Positions 35,294 through 48,184 of a stretch of 64,000 nt of DNA are shown here, in pieces. The DNA lies in NCBI GenBank assembly GCA_010356995.1, contig ML996705.1, positions 434,001-498,000 on the forward strand. Reading direction: 5' to 3'. The position numbers and the translations under genes were made by a program. This stretch comes from Trichodelitschia bisporula (Eukaryota). The notes under the pieces were generated by a model, which was not told the DNA's origin, made no database searches, and saw only the letters and a program-made list of their open reading frames with translations. Position 1 is the first letter of the stretch, and every line of letters begins with the position of its first letter.

Positions 35294-38200
35294 ATGCGGG
35301 CCTCCCGCTCTTCCTGGCGGGTGGCAGCCCTTTCTCTCGCTTTATTTGCATCGGCATCTTGGGCCGTCGGCCCCACCGCGAAGCACGAAGCAGGTCGATG
35401 CGCCTTGCGCGGCAACTGCGGTAGCGACAGCTTCTTCGGCCCCCAGCTGCCATGCCCGGACAACGAATTTGCCGAGGATCCAGAGCCAGCGGTGCGAGAG
35501 AAGCTCCTCAGCATATGCGGAGAACAGTGGGCGGATAAGCAAGTGTGCTGTAGGGAAGAGCAGTTGGACACGCTCAAGTCGAACCTGAAAACGGCAGACC
35601 AGCTCATCTCGAGCTGTCCGGCGTGTAGGGAGAACTTTGTGAACCTCTTCTGCACCTTCACATGCTCCGCCGATCAGTCTCTTTTCGTCAATGTTACTCA
35701 AACCAAGCAGAAGGGCGACAAGCTCATCGTCACGGAGCTCGACTATTTGGTCTCCGATGAGTATGGTGTCGGCTTCTACAACAGCTGTAGTGAGGTCAAG
35801 TTCGGGCCTACCAACAGCAGAGCGATGGACCTCATTGGCGGTGGTGCGAAGAACTTTACGCAATTCCTCAAATTCTTGGGCGACAAGAAGTTCGGCGGTA
35901 GTCCATTCCAACTTAACTTCCCCCGCCCAAGCCTAGGCTTCCCTGGGATGAAAGCGATGGACAAGGAAACGCACCCATGCGACGACAGTGACCCAAAGTA
36001 CCGTTGCGCATGTGTCGACTGTTCCGCCACCTGCGTTCAGCTGCCGGAGCTCACTGAGGAAAAGGCCTGCCATGTTGGTGTTCTGCCGTGTCTGTCGTTT
36101 AGTGTCATCATCGTGTATTCCGCCTTCCTTCTCCTGCTCATTACCGGCGTTTCTGGTCACGTCGCGTACCAAAAGCATGCGAAGTCTAAGCATGAGAGGC
36201 TTCGTCTGCTGCAAGACGCGGCGCCGAGCGACGACGAAGACGAGGGCGACATGGTTCATAACGTGGCGCTGCTCGACCGCCCGCAGAGGCATTACTTCTT
36301 AAACACCCTGTTGGATCGTTTCTTCAGTCGTCTGGGCTACATTTGTGCGCGCTTTCCGGCCATCACCATCGGAACCAGCGTTCTTGTCGTTGGCCTTCTT
36401 AGTCTCGGCTGGCTCAACTTTGCCGTCGAGCTGGATCCTGTGCGCTTGTGGGTGGCTCCAGACTCTGCAGCTGCCACGGAGAAAGAGTTCTTCGATTCGA
36501 ACTTTGGACCATTCTTCCGTGCGGAGCAAGCCTTCATCACTAATCGCACGCACCCTGAGTCTAGTGTTGTGACGTACGATAACTTGCGCTGGTGGTTTGA
36601 TGTCGAGAACCGCGTCAAGCGCTTACGGGCTCCGGGTGGCATTACTCTCAACGATGTGTGCTTCAAGCCGACCGACGCTTGTGTAGTACAGTCCTTCACA
36701 GGCTACTTTGGCAACGACGTTGAAAACATGACGCCGTGGAACTTCAAGGACCAGCTTGCATCTTGCTCCAACAGCCCCGGCCAGTGCCTACCAGACTTCC
36801 AACAGCCATTGGACCCTAAGATGGTGTTTGGAGGATGGTCCGACAGCGTTCTCGACGCCAAAGCCATCGTCGTTACGTGGGTCGTGAACAACTTCGCCGA
36901 AGGCTCGCCCGAGGTCGAGCGGGCGATGACTTATGAGAATGAGCTCAAGCGCACGTTGATCGATGTTCAGCGGGAAGGCTACCAGCGTGGCCTCCGGGTG
37001 TCCTTCAACACCGAAATCAGTCTGGAGCAGGAGTTGAATAAGTCGACTAATACGGACGCCGGAATCATTGCCATCAGCTACCTGGTGATGTTCCTCTACG
37101 CCTCACTCGCTCTCGGGTCTACCACGCTGGGAGCCAAGACGATCATGCACAACACGGCGAATGCGTTGGTGCAATCCAAGTTTATGTTGGGCATCATGGG
37201 CATCGTCATTGTTCTGATGTCGGTGTCTGCTTCTGTGGGCCTTTTCTCGGCCGCTGGTATCAAGGTGACGCTCATTATTGCCGAGGTCATTCCATTCCTG
37301 GTCCTGGCCGTCGGCGTTGACAACATCTTTTTGATTGTGCACGAGTTTGAGCGTGTCAACATCAACCACGCGGAAGACCCGATTGACGAGCGGATGGCAA
37401 AGACTTTGGGCCGAATGGGCCCAAGTATCCTGCTGTCGGCTACCACGGAGACTGTCGCCTTTGGACTCGGGGCAGCCGTAGGCATGCCGGCAGTCCGCAA
37501 CTTTGCCGCATACGCCTCGGGTGCTGTGTTGATCAATGCCCTCCTTCAGGTTACCATGTTTGTAGCCGTGCTAGCGCTCAACCAGCGGCGCGTGGAAGCC
37601 CGCCGCGCGGACTGCTTCCCGTGCATCCGCATTCGTAGTGCGGACCGCGTTGTCCCCAGCGAGGCATATGATGAAGGCAGCTTGCAGCAGTTCATTCGGA
37701 AGAAGTACGCGCCTGCTCTGCTCGGAAACAAGGCCAAGGTTGCCATTGTCACCGTCTTCCTAGGGTTGTTTGCAGCTGGCCTCGCGCTTGTGCCCGAGGT
37801 GAAGCTCGGGCTTGACCAGCGGATCGCGATGCCCGGTGACTCGTACCTCATCGACTACTTCAACGACTTGGACAAGTACTTTGGCGTCGGGCCGCCGGTG
37901 TACTTTGTCACGCGCGAACTTAACGTCACTCAGCGCGAGAACCAGGAGGAGCTCTGTGGGCGCTTCCTGGCGTGCGAACCGGCTTCGTTGGGCAACATCC
38001 TTGAAGGCGAGCGCAAGCGGGCAGATGAATCGTATATCGCCGACGCAACGGCCAACTGGGTGGATGACTTCTTCCTGTGGCTCAATCCCGCGTTCGAAGA
38101 CTGCTGCGTCATCGACGGGAAGCCGTGCTTTGCGGACCGCACCCCGGCGTGGAATTCCACTCTCTACGGCATGCCACAGGGCAAGGAGTACGTTGACTAC

Positions 38201-39181
38201 CTGACCAAGTGGCTCAACTCGCCCACCACAAGCGAGTGCCCCCTCGGCGGCAAGGCCAGCTACGGCAACGCCGTCGTCGTCGACACCAACCGCACCACCA
38301 TCCCCGCCTCGCACTTCCGCACCTCGCACACCCCGCTCCACAGCCAGGAAGACTTCATAGCCGCGTACCGCTCCGCGCGCCGCATCGCCGACGACATCAG
38401 CGAAGCGACAGGTGCATCCGTCTTCCCCTACTCAAAGTTCTACATATTCTTCGACCAGTACGTGTCCATCGTGAAGCTGTCAATAGCGCTCCTCGGCTCC
38501 GCCCTGGGCATAATCTTCGCGCTCACAACTCTGCTCCTCGGCTCCGTGTCCACGGGCGCCGTCGTCACCCTCACAGTCACCATGACGCTAGTCGACATCG
38601 TCGGCGCCATGGCCTTGTTCGACGTCTCCCTCAACGCCGTCTCCCTCGTCAACCTAATCATCTCCGTCGGCATATCCCTCGAATTCTGCGCCCACATCGC
38701 GCGCGCATTCCAGTTTCCCTCTACCACGGTCATGGACCTGGCGCCGAGGAACCAGTTCGGCACCCGCGATGCCCGCGACCGCGTCAGGGGGAGCATGGGC
38801 GCGCGCGGCCGGCTCCGCGAGCGTGAGGTCCGGGCCTGGACGGCGCTGGTGAACGTGGGCGCGAGCGTGTTTAGTGGGATTACGGTGACGAAGATGCTGG
38901 GTGTTGCGGTGTTGGCGTTTACGAGGAGTAAGATTTTTGAGGTGTATTACTTCCGTGTTTGGCTTGCGTTGGTGGTGTTTGGTGCGTTGCATGCGCTGGT
39001 GTTTTTGCCGGTTGCGCTGGCGCTGGTAGGGGGCGAGGGTAAGTTCTCTCTGGGCAGTGGTTGGAGTGATGCTAACTGTTGCACAGGGTATGTGGATCCG
39101 GAGTCTGAGGGTGGGTTGGAGGCGGATTTGCGCAGTCGGAGGTACTTGCTCGAGGACGATTATGACTCGGATGAGTACTAG
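35294..39181 (+). CDS. NCR1: Niemann-Pick C1-like sterol transporter (RND/Patched family)
   Basis: Signal peptide, Cys-rich NTD (SCPACRENFVNLFCTFTCS), FGPFFRAEQ, SSD (EVIPFLVLAVGVDNIF), GLDQRIAMP and EFCAHI. One in-frame intron 39039-39086. Confidence 0.97.
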   Translation: MRASRSSWRVAALSLALFASASWAVGPTAKHEAGRCALRGNCGSDSFFGPQLPCPDNEFAEDPEPAVREKLLSICGEQWADKQVCCREEQLDTLKSNLKTADQLISSCPACRENFVNLFCTFTCSADQSLFVNVTQTKQKGDKLIVTELDYLVSDEYGVGFYNSCSEVKFGPTNSRAMDLIGGGAKNFTQFLKFLGDKKFGGSPFQLNFPRPSLGFPGMKAMDKETHPCDDSDPKYRCACVDCSATCVQLPELTEEKACHVGVLPCLSFSVIIVYSAFLLLLITGVSGHVAYQKHAKSKHERLRLLQDAAPSDDEDEGDMVHNVALLDRPQRHYFLNTLLDRFFSRLGYICARFPAITIGTSVLVVGLLSLGWLNFAVELDPVRLWVAPDSAAATEKEFFDSNFGPFFRAEQAFITNRTHPESSVVTYDNLRWWFDVENRVKRLRAPGGITLNDVCFKPTDACVVQSFTGYFGNDVENMTPWNFKDQLASCSNSPGQCLPDFQQPLDPKMVFGGWSDSVLDAKAIVVTWVVNNFAEGSPEVERAMTYENELKRTLIDVQREGYQRGLRVSFNTEISLEQELNKSTNTDAGIIAISYLVMFLYASLALGSTTLGAKTIMHNTANALVQSKFMLGIMGIVIVLMSVSASVGLFSAAGIKVTLIIAEVIPFLVLAVGVDNIFLIVHEFERVNINHAEDPIDERMAKTLGRMGPSILLSATTETVAFGLGAAVGMPAVRNFAAYASGAVLINALLQVTMFVAVLALNQRRVEARRADCFPCIRIRSADRVVPSEAYDEGSLQQFIRKKYAPALLGNKAKVAIVTVFLGLFAAGLALVPEVKLGLDQRIAMPGDSYLIDYFNDLDKYFGVGPPVYFVTRELNVTQRENQEELCGRFLACEPASLGNILEGERKRADESYIADATANWVDDFFLWLNPAFEDCCVIDGKPCFADRTPAWNSTLYGMPQGKEYVDYLTKWLNSPTTSECPLGGKASYGNAVVVDTNRTTIPASHFRTSHTPLHSQEDFIAAYRSARRIADDISEATGASVFPYSKFYIFFDQYVSIVKLSIALLGSALGIIFALTTLLLGSVSTGAVVTLTVTMTLVDIVGAMALFDVSLNAVSLVNLIISVGISLEFCAHIARAFQFPSTTVMDLAPRNQFGTRDARDRVRGSMGARGRLREREVRAWTALVNVGASVFSGITVTKMLGVAVLAFTRSKIFEVYYFRVWLALVVFGALHALVFLPVALALVGGEGKFSLGSGWSDANCCTGYVDPESEGGLEADLRSRRYLLEDDYDSDEY

Positions 39182-39586
39182 TACTGCTAAATTCCGATGT
39201 CGTGGTATTTGCTGCTGTTGTGTACGATAGCTAGGCGCCGAGGGAGGATTGGATGCATAAGCGGTTGCATGGGATACGTGTGGGTAGTCGTAGGTTCATA
39301 TCTCGCTCCCGGATTGGAGTGCAGAGCATAGGGTAAGAAAGGCTCAACGCATTGGAGGCGTATATACGCTCCTCCGATTTTGTATCTGCATCTACTTCGT
39401 GTTCCGAGTGCCTCTGTAGGCATCTATGTCGTGTTCTAGAACCACACATCTCTCTGCAGGGTCCAAGCCGCCGAAATCGGCCGCGCTATGCCATCCTCCG
39501 CCAAAATGCTACTCCAAATAAACTCCAAGCACCGCCTGATGCCAAAGGGTATCCCAAGCCTCCTCCCCAAAAAGAAACCAAAAAGC

Positions 39587-40825
39587 CTAATACTCCGTCA
39601 CCTTGCGAATAGCATCATAAATCCCTATCCCGTTAGTCATGCCTCAACCCGGATCAGCAGAAAAATACTCACGAACAACATCCGGCATCATAAACTTCTC
39701 AAACACCAAGCCAACATGCGTACTCCACCCCGCAACTCTCTGCACCGGCGCCTCAAGATTCAAAAACGCCTCCTGCTGTATCGTAGCCGCGACCTCAGCG
39801 CCCACGCCCGCATTCACCGGCGCCTCATGCACGACCACCGCGCGGCCCGTTTTCCGTACGCTATCGAGCACGCACGCGCGATCCCACGGGTATATAGTCC
39901 GGAGATCAATCACCTCAACCCCAACCCCAAAATCCCGCTCCGCCGCCCGCGCCGCATCCACGCACGCATACAACGGCGTCCCGTAGCTAACAATAGTGAC
40001 GTCGGATCCGGTCCGCAAGACCTCGGCTTTGGACAGGGGGAGCGCGTACGGCTCGACGGGGACGTGTTCGCGCGCCGCGCGGTACAGGATCTTGGGCTCG
40101 AGGAAGAGGACGGGGTCGTTGGAGGCGATGGAGGCGAGGAGAAGGCCCTTTGCCTGGGCTGGGCTGCGCGGTATGACGACTCGCAGGCCGGGGACGTGGG
40201 TGAAGAGGGCTTCGGGGCTCTGGCTGTGATAGAGCGCGCCGTGCCCGACGGCGCCGGCGGGCATGCGCACTACTAGGCCGCCGGCGTGGAGGTTTGTTGC
40301 GCCGGCGCGGAAGCGCGCTTTCGCGGCTTCGTTTATCAATTGGTCGAAGGCGGGGTAGACGTAGTCTGCGAACTGGATCTCGGCGACGGGGCGGAAACCG
40401 GACATGGCCGCACCGATGGCGAAGCCCACGATGCCTTGCTCGCAGAGGGGCGTGTTGAACACGCGGTCGCCGCCGAAGTCGGTGGCTAGGTTGGCGGAGC
40501 AGCGGAAGACGCCGCCGAAGGCGATGTCCTCGCCGAAGAGCAGGACGGAGTCGTCGGTTGAGAGGGCGTGGCGGAGGGCGCTGTTTATGGCTTCGTGGAG
40601 GGTTAGGAGGGTGGTTGGGCTTGTGGTGCGGAGGGTGGGGGGGAGCTCGGGGTTGGAGAGCGCGGAGGAGGATGTGTGGTGCAGGAGGGGGGTTGTGCTG
40701 AAGTCGGTTGGGAGGTTGAGGCGGGCGTGGGGGGGGTGCGAACTGTAGGGTCTGGAGGAGGAGTGGGAGACTAGGAGGCGTTGGGGACGCGCGATGCGGA
40801 GGGGATTGAAGCGGAGGGTCGCCAT
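39587..40825 (-). CDS. BCKDHB: 2-oxoisovalerate (branched-chain alpha-keto acid) dehydrogenase E1 beta subunit, mitochondrial
   Basis: Mitochondrial-like presequence; motifs FGEDIAFGGVFRC, EIQFADYVYPAFDQ, GHGALYHSQSPE and FLEPKILYR. The final exon IYDAIRKVTEY* follows a 3' intron. Confidence 0.96.
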
Positions 40826-41662
40826 CCTGGGTGGAGAGGGTGTGGTGGTGATGGGTGGAGAGGGAGGGGAGGTGGTGAGAGTGTAAGTGTCCCGTCTCCT
40901 CTCTTAAGAGGCGTCAGCAAGAAATATGCGGCTACCGTCGGCATTGGGAGGAGGAGCCCAATCACCATCCCGGTCTGGGGAAGTGACGATCCCCAGACTA
41001 GGCACGGAGAATGGTTAAGCCGCATAGCTCGTCATTTAGGTGGGTGTGCGGGCATTTTGCCTTTAAGAGAGGGGAAGGGAAAGGAGGGGTGAGGAGGGGA
41101 GTGAAATATCGAGTGTACGCAGTACCCGTAGTGGAGCGGTTCGGGCGATGTACGGATGTAGCATCCTAGAGAGGCAGTTCAGCGGTCCAACACTCGCTAC
41201 ACAGCCCATAGGTTTCGAGATATAAGGTTATGTTTAGTTCTAGTAGAGGAGGACGGCGGAGAGGAAGATGTGAGGCTCTCTCATCCGTCAAATGCAGCCA
41301 AGGGAGATCAGTTTCTTGGTGAGGGGATGTGCGTGTAGCCCATACCCTCACCAACCCCAGCTCCATAGCAGCTGCGAGGGGAGTTGGTTTGCCAAGATTG
41401 AAATGTCACCAGTGCTGCGTAGGCAAAGCTCACGGACTTCCCGTTGGCTCCAGCTCTGTCACCCTTATTGCTTTCCAGCTCTAAACTCGTCATCCCCGCT
41501 CGCCCCCCCCCCCCCACTGCTTCAAAGCACCTCAAGTCTTCATCTTCTCTACATCCAATTTTCCATCTCTCGACTTTTGTTTCCTCGCTGTTGCGCAAGT
41601 ACTTCGTCTTCTCTACACACCACTGGACATTGCTGGCAGCGTCCACAATTGCCTTGCGCAGG

Positions 41663-44241
41663 ATGGCCTCTCCGGCCAGACCGGTCGCCTCTCCCCATCT
41701 TTCCCGCGTGTCGTCATTATCCTCCCACTCGAGCTCCATTGCGTTTGGAGCTTCGAAGATGCTCGCTACCATGCTGCTGCTCTTTCTGTCGGCTCCTTTC
41801 GCAGCAGCTCTTCCAGTCTCGCAGTCAATGAGCTTCAATGCCGCCCATTCCGGCCACGGCGTCGATCCACTCCCCGCCGACGACCCAAGTCTTTGGGTAT
41901 ACATGAGCACCGCGCTCGTGCTCGTGCTCCTCGGCGGAGCATTCGCGGGCTTGACCATCGCGTAAGCCTTTTCGCAGGATTTTTGGAGTTGTCTTACTGA
42001 CGAGGAAGCCTCATGGGCCAAGATGAGATTTACCTGCAGGTCATTGCGACTTCGGGCGATGGAGCGGAGCGCAAAAACGCCCAAAAGGTGCTCAACCTTC
42101 TCAAGCGCGGAAAACACTGGGTGCTCGTGACGCTACTGCTCAGTAATGTCATCACAAATGAGACCCTTCCCATCGTCCTCGACCGTTCCCTTGGGGGTGG
42201 ATGGCCAGCTGTTTTGGGCAGTACCATCCTGATTGGTATGCATCAGCTGTTCTCGTACTGTCGTTCTGCCGTCCTAATTTCCATAGTCATCTTTGGCGAA
42301 GTTGTGCCACAGTCCATTTGCGTGCGTTACGGCCTTCCCATCGGCGCCTTCATGGCTCCAGTCGTGTTGGGTCTGATGTGGATCATGGCCCCGATCGCCT
42401 ACCCTACAGCTAAGCTGCTCGACTACCTTCTGGGCAAGGACCACGGCACAATGTACAAGAAGGCGGGCTTGAAGACGCTGGTCATGTTGCACCGTACGCT
42501 CGGCTCGCACCCCGACGAGCGCCTCAACCAGGACGAGGTGACAATCATAAGCGCGGTGCTGGATCTCAAAGAGAAGCCCGTGGGCAGCATCATGACTCCG
42601 ATGGATGATGTGTTTACGCTGTCTGCGGACACGGTCCTGGACGAAGAAATGATGACCACCATCCTCTCTGAGGGATACTCGCGTATCCCTATTCACGCCG
42701 TCGATAATCCCCAGAACTTCATTGGAATGCTGCTTGTCAAGATGCTCATCACGTATGACCCCGAGGACTGCGCCCGCGTCCGCGACTTTCAGCTCGCCAC
42801 GCTTCCCGAAACGCGTCCGGAGACCAGCTGTCTCGACATCGTCAACTGGTTCCAAGAAGGCAAGAGCCACATGGTGCTTGTGAGCAAGGCGCCGGGCGAG
42901 TCATACGGAGCACTAGGCGTAGTCACGCTCGAAGACGTGATCGAGGAATTGATCGGCGAAGAAATCGTCGACGAATCCGACGTCTTCATCGATGTGCACA
43001 AGGCCATCCGGCGCCTACAACCAGCGCCACGCTTCCGCCTTCCAAAGGGCATATCCTACTCGCCCTCGACCATCAACGCCGCGGCTGCATCCAACGGCGA
43101 CGCTCCGGCCCGCGACAGTTCGGACCTACGCAACTCGCGCTCCGACTCTGTCGGCGGCGCGCGTAAACCCTCCTCCGTGTCCCCTTGCGCCCGCGACGCC
43201 ACCCCCCGCAGCCCGAAAACCCTGCTCATGCGTCGCCGCAGCTCCGGCAATGGCGAGCGCATCTCCATGCGCTCCGATACCCCCGAGCTGCGCCAGCACC
43301 TCAAGCATCTCGGCCCCTCGAACGCGGCCTCCCGTCCCAAAACGACCAATATCTCCTCGGTCAAGGTCAAGCCCGCTGCTGCCGGGCTCAGGGAGACGAT
43401 GGCTGCTGTGCCGGAAACGGGCAGCTTCCATACCGACAACGGCGTGGGATACCAGGACCACGATTTGCGCTGGAGTTTACCCCGTGCGCGTACGTGGGAT
43501 AGAGCGGATGTGGCGAATGAGGAGAATACGGCGCTGCTGGCGCCGAGGCTGAGTGAGGGCGGTTATGGCACTTTGGGCTCGAGTCCGTTGTCGGCGATCC
43601 GTATTGCGCCGGCGCAGCCGAAGGAGCGGACGAAATCGGTGGATACGGCGATGCAGACGGAATTGGGTGGAGAGGAGGTTGCGCAGTTGGTTGCTATTAG
43701 CGAGGATGGTGATGCGGAAGGGGCTGTGGACCGGCGCGACCATGAGGCTGGGCATGAGTCGGAGGGCAGGAGTGAACGGTCATGCGCACCGCTTGTGGTC
43801 CCTGGGAAGATGGTGCTGCGGCTCGATCACCCCTCTTCGCTGGTGGATGGCGACGAGGACGATGAGAGGGCTTCCCTAGGCCTGACGACAGAGAGTCCGA
43901 AATCGGGCAAGACGGGAAGGAGTGTGGAGAGCGTGGTTGTGGAGGGGAGTGTGCCTCTTTCGTTGGAGGGGATAGGGCGCGCGCTGTCGAGTGTGAAGTT
44001 GAATGCAAGGAGTGGGAGTATCACGGAGCAGGTTGTTGATGTTGGGGGGGTGAGGAAGGTGGTGCTTGAGACGACGAGTAGCAGTGATGATGAGAGGAAG
44101 AGGGGGGGGGAGGAACATGGAGACGAGCATGAGAGTCATGAGGGTGAGGGGAAGAAGAAGAAGAAGCGGAAGAAGAGGGCGGGGAAGAAGAAGAAGCATG
44201 CGCATGAGTCGGAGACGATTGAGGAGGGCGTGCAGAGTTAG
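41663..44241 (+). CDS. MAM3: CNNM/DUF21-CBS domain metal homeostasis protein
   Basis: Motifs [54 protein letters not shown] and [20 protein letters not shown]. Introns 41962-42008 and 42236-42286. The start could instead be 41759. Confidence 0.93.
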
Positions 44242-45007
44242 AGACACTAAGCTTTGTGCGAGGGATTTTGCCGGTTAGTAGAGGGGGATAAAGGGCCTGT
44301 CGTAAGGCCAGTGTACATTAATACGTGTCCATAGGGGAGGAATGGGATGGACTGGTTTTAAGTGTTTGACGTGCTCACGTGTGCTATTGGGCAAGCTGCT
44401 CCGTTGCGTTACCGGACTTTTGTCGCCCACGCACTCTGAGGCGCGAGCAAACTTCCACCACTACTAGAACTCCGTAAGACAGGTTCGGGCCTGGTGAGCA
44501 CTCTCGATCTCGATGGCCCACTCGGCGACTCAATGCCGTTCTGGTGGGAGGGTGTTGGTCAGGCAGCTGGCTCGGTCAAGAATCGGAATGTCATCCGAGC
44601 TGAGAGTCGCACTGCCGGGTGGGGGCTAGTTCTAGTTCGGAGAGAACTGGCCCGGGCAGGGAAGGCAAGGAACCGAGCCGATACGCGGTTGATGTGAACA
44701 GTGCTCCCAAAGTATATTTCCCGACTCCGCCTAACTGTTCTCGGCTTCGAAATGTCGGGGTTAGAGCTGCCGGCCTGGACATCCTTCGGACCCGACGGGG
44801 TGAGGTGCCGGGGGAAGCGCGGGACGATCGGACTACCGCTTTCCTAAGCCCGCCGGGATGCGGCCGGGACTGGAGATGTGTGTTTATAAGGGGATATGGC
44901 TGGCTATGGCCTGGGGGCGTTTGGAATCATCCGAAACTGTCTCGAGTACGGGCGTGAAAGCTGTGGCCAGTGAAAGAATGGTGGCTTTTCTGCACGCAGA
45001 GGGAGGA

Positions 45008-45350
45008 TATGTCTATCCTGTCCGAGCACCTTGCTCACCTAGCCTCTCGTTACATTCACATCGCGGACGGTGTCATTCAATATCTGCTGGATGCCGGCAC
45101 AGTCGGCATCCCATATTAAAAGGCGGAGGACCAACCGGTCATTGTAGCATCGACCGATGCGGCGTTCGGAGACCTCCCCTCGAAACCCAGTTCGGATGGG
45201 TTCCTGGTTAGTCTTCTTGGAAGACATGTGATGTGGGCAGCGCCTAGACAAAAAACCGTCACTACATCGACAACAGAGGCGGAGTTGTCCCTGTCACCCA
45301 CAGTACGCGATATCAATGCTCTCATGAGGTTCCTGGGGCAAGTTGGGCTG
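45008..45350 (+). mobile_element. Ty1/copia RT-RNase H remnant
   Basis: The frame from 45147 reads ASTDAAFGD..SSDGFLVSLLGRHVMWAAPRQKTVTTSTTEAEL, the canonical copia RNase H motif. An RT-end-like ADGVIQYL lies upstream, followed by a stop. Confidence 0.8.
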
Positions 45351-48184
45351 TCCTTCGATGAGGTTTCTCTAGGCCTAAGGGAAACCGGTTCTGTATGGTA
45401 AAACTAGATACCGGCATGGCTGACGAATTGAAGTTTATCGTTATATTTGAGTGACAGTGATGCATACAGTATTCGTCTTCATTTGTATCATCGTTCGCAA
45501 AGGCATGGACCACCTCCTTGAGACGACATGAGTCACAGTGAGGATCCTCCGCAATTTTGGCCTCATTTTCGACACATGCCTCTCGTTACCCGAAGTGTGA
45601 GGACTTCGCCAGCATGACGACACGGTAGGAAGATGACAAGATGATATCCGCTTTTTCGGACGCTGTTTCCGACCAGAAGAGAATATGAGGACCGGAGGTA
45701 CTTCCTCTCCTGTCGGCTTTAGGTCTTCTTGGGGGACATTACCGTTCCACAAGGATTCGCATGACGCATCTCAAACATGCGCCTCGCCGACCCGATGAAC
45801 ACACGAGTTCAGGCGTAGATCTGACCGGGAACTTCGAAATAGGTGAACTGCTACCAACGACTTGCATCTCTCCAGCCGAGTTTGCATACCATCGTGGCTG
45901 CGCCGCTCGTCTAGCAATGGACAAGCTCTATTCCACTAAGGTTAATTGCTCCAGAAAGTCACATCCATAGCATACCTCAGCCAACCCAACAGCCGGCCTC
46001 AAACGTCCGCTACGAGTACCCAATCCTCGGACACCCAATTCATCCTCCAATTCCGCCTCGCCGCTCTAATACACCGCAAGCGCAATCCTTCATAACGCTG
46101 CCCCAGAATCACCCCACACGCAAACCTCAACCCCACCGCCGCCCGATCTCCATCCAGTCTCCTCCGCATCGGCTCCCCCGCATTAGGAAGCTCCTGCGGC
46201 GGTGCAACCGTGGCGCGCTGCCTGTGGCTCGAAGAGCGCACACCGGCGCCGCGACGCACTCGTCACCGGCCGTTGGTGGGCGGCCGGTATGGGCGGCGCG
46301 TTCACGCAAGGGGTCGGCTAATTCAGGAGCGTGCCGAGGGGGACGATGGGGGGATGTATCTTGGTGTCCTGCGCGCTTCCTGCCGCTGCGAGCTGCTCCT
46401 GCCGCTGCGAGCTGCTCCTGCCGCTGCAGGCGCATGTGTGCTGTAGTGGCAATGGGGATTTGCATTGAGATGCTGCCGGGGAGTTCAGGCTTTTAGCATC
46501 GTGCGGTTTGGGGTGGTGGTGGAGGGGGTGATGGGGGACTGGCATCATGATAGGTGCAGGGTTCAAGAATGGCCTTGATTGCGATCGTGGGTTTGATGTA
46601 TGGGGGTTTGAGATGTCGGAGACGGCATCTCCCTTGGCTATTTCTGATCTTCAATAGTACGCCTCCTGCAGCCTTGCCTCCATTTACCTTTTCCAACGAT
46701 GTGCGTCGGAATGCCTCCTGAACCGAGCGAACAACACTTCGACCCAACAGCCAACCTCTAACAACGAAACTCACAAACCCAACATCCAAACCTCACCCCC
46801 ATCACCCACCCAACAAAGCGGTCAGTCTCCCGCCAGCGTGGGGGGCAACAGGCACGTCTAGCACTTGATAGGGCTGAGGATACGCCGCACGCCTCTTACT
46901 CGTGGCCATTTCCAGCCCGCCAATTCAGCGCCTCACTCGTTTCTCACGCCGTGACTGCCGTGAGGGCTTGAAGCCCAGCGGGACGCAAGCGAAGCAAAAA
47001 GCGCAGAAAATTATCTTCTGCGAACCGCGTGGGCTCCCCGGTCTTGAAGTGTGAAATGTACGGATTACACGCGGTTCACGTCCGCCGCAGTCTCGATCGC
47101 GTGGAATGGAGGCGTGAAGTGCCCATCGTGACGCCCTCTCGGTGTGGCCGCGTCTAGCCCGACGGCGCTATCGGGACGGGACGAGCGCCTCCATATCCCT
47201 CCCAACCTCACCCTCAACCTCAACCTCTCCCTCCAACACCCTCACAACCTGCCGCAACCAACATCCAGACAGCATGAAGTCAAAACCCATCGTGACCATA
47301 TGGCACTGCGGTAGAACGGAAATGCAGTGAGATTTATTTATGCTTCCGCCCCGTGGCCCCCCCACCCCATTCCCAGCACCCCGGATCCCCGCCGATCCTC
47401 CACACCTCACGTGTGCGGCCCCCCCCTCCCCCAACCCGCGCGCCAATCACCCGCCCCCTCTTTCGAGAACAGGGCGCCTCCCGTCCACGTCACGACGGGC
47501 GCGTGGGTGCGCGGGCGGTGGGCGAGGCCCAGGGCGGGGGGAAGCCAGTGGGCGACCTCGGGTACGCTTCGAGTCCCGCTGCATCGTCGAGACTCGCAGT
47601 CGAGGCTCGACGAGCAGAGCAGCGCGGGGCCGGTGTGCGCAGACGCAGAACCGAGTCTTCGACCCGGTTATGACCTGAGAGTCCCGGTCATGACCTGAGG
47701 CTGTGCGAGCAGGAAAGCCCTTGCACCCACGTAACGTACATTTTCACGCCGTGCTACGGCGATGCCAGGCCGTCGTGCGGCTGGCGCCCCCCCCCTCCTC
47801 CCCCCCCGGGCGCTCCAGCCGCCGCACCGCTGGACAGGCGGTGTTGGCCGCATGGACGGGCGGGGCGCAACCCATGGTTGGCGAGGCAGGATGAGGCGGG
47901 GTGGGTGGAGGCGGCGGGCGCTGCTGAGTACGAATTTTCCTTTTTACATACTTCGGTCCCTGCGCGTTGGGTTTTTTGCGGCTGCGAGGAAGCTGCTTTC
48001 TGGTCTACGCGCAGAACGAGTTGCCTGGCCCTGTACCGTCTGCTGGGGTCGCTGAAGGGTATATACGGCTGAAGCGCTGCATGCCCGCGCCTGGCTGGAG
48101 GGTTGCGAGATTTTTTCTTACTGACGACTGCGCTGTGGTGACGGCGACGATGTGCGCGGCCCTACGATCGCGGATATAGCAACC

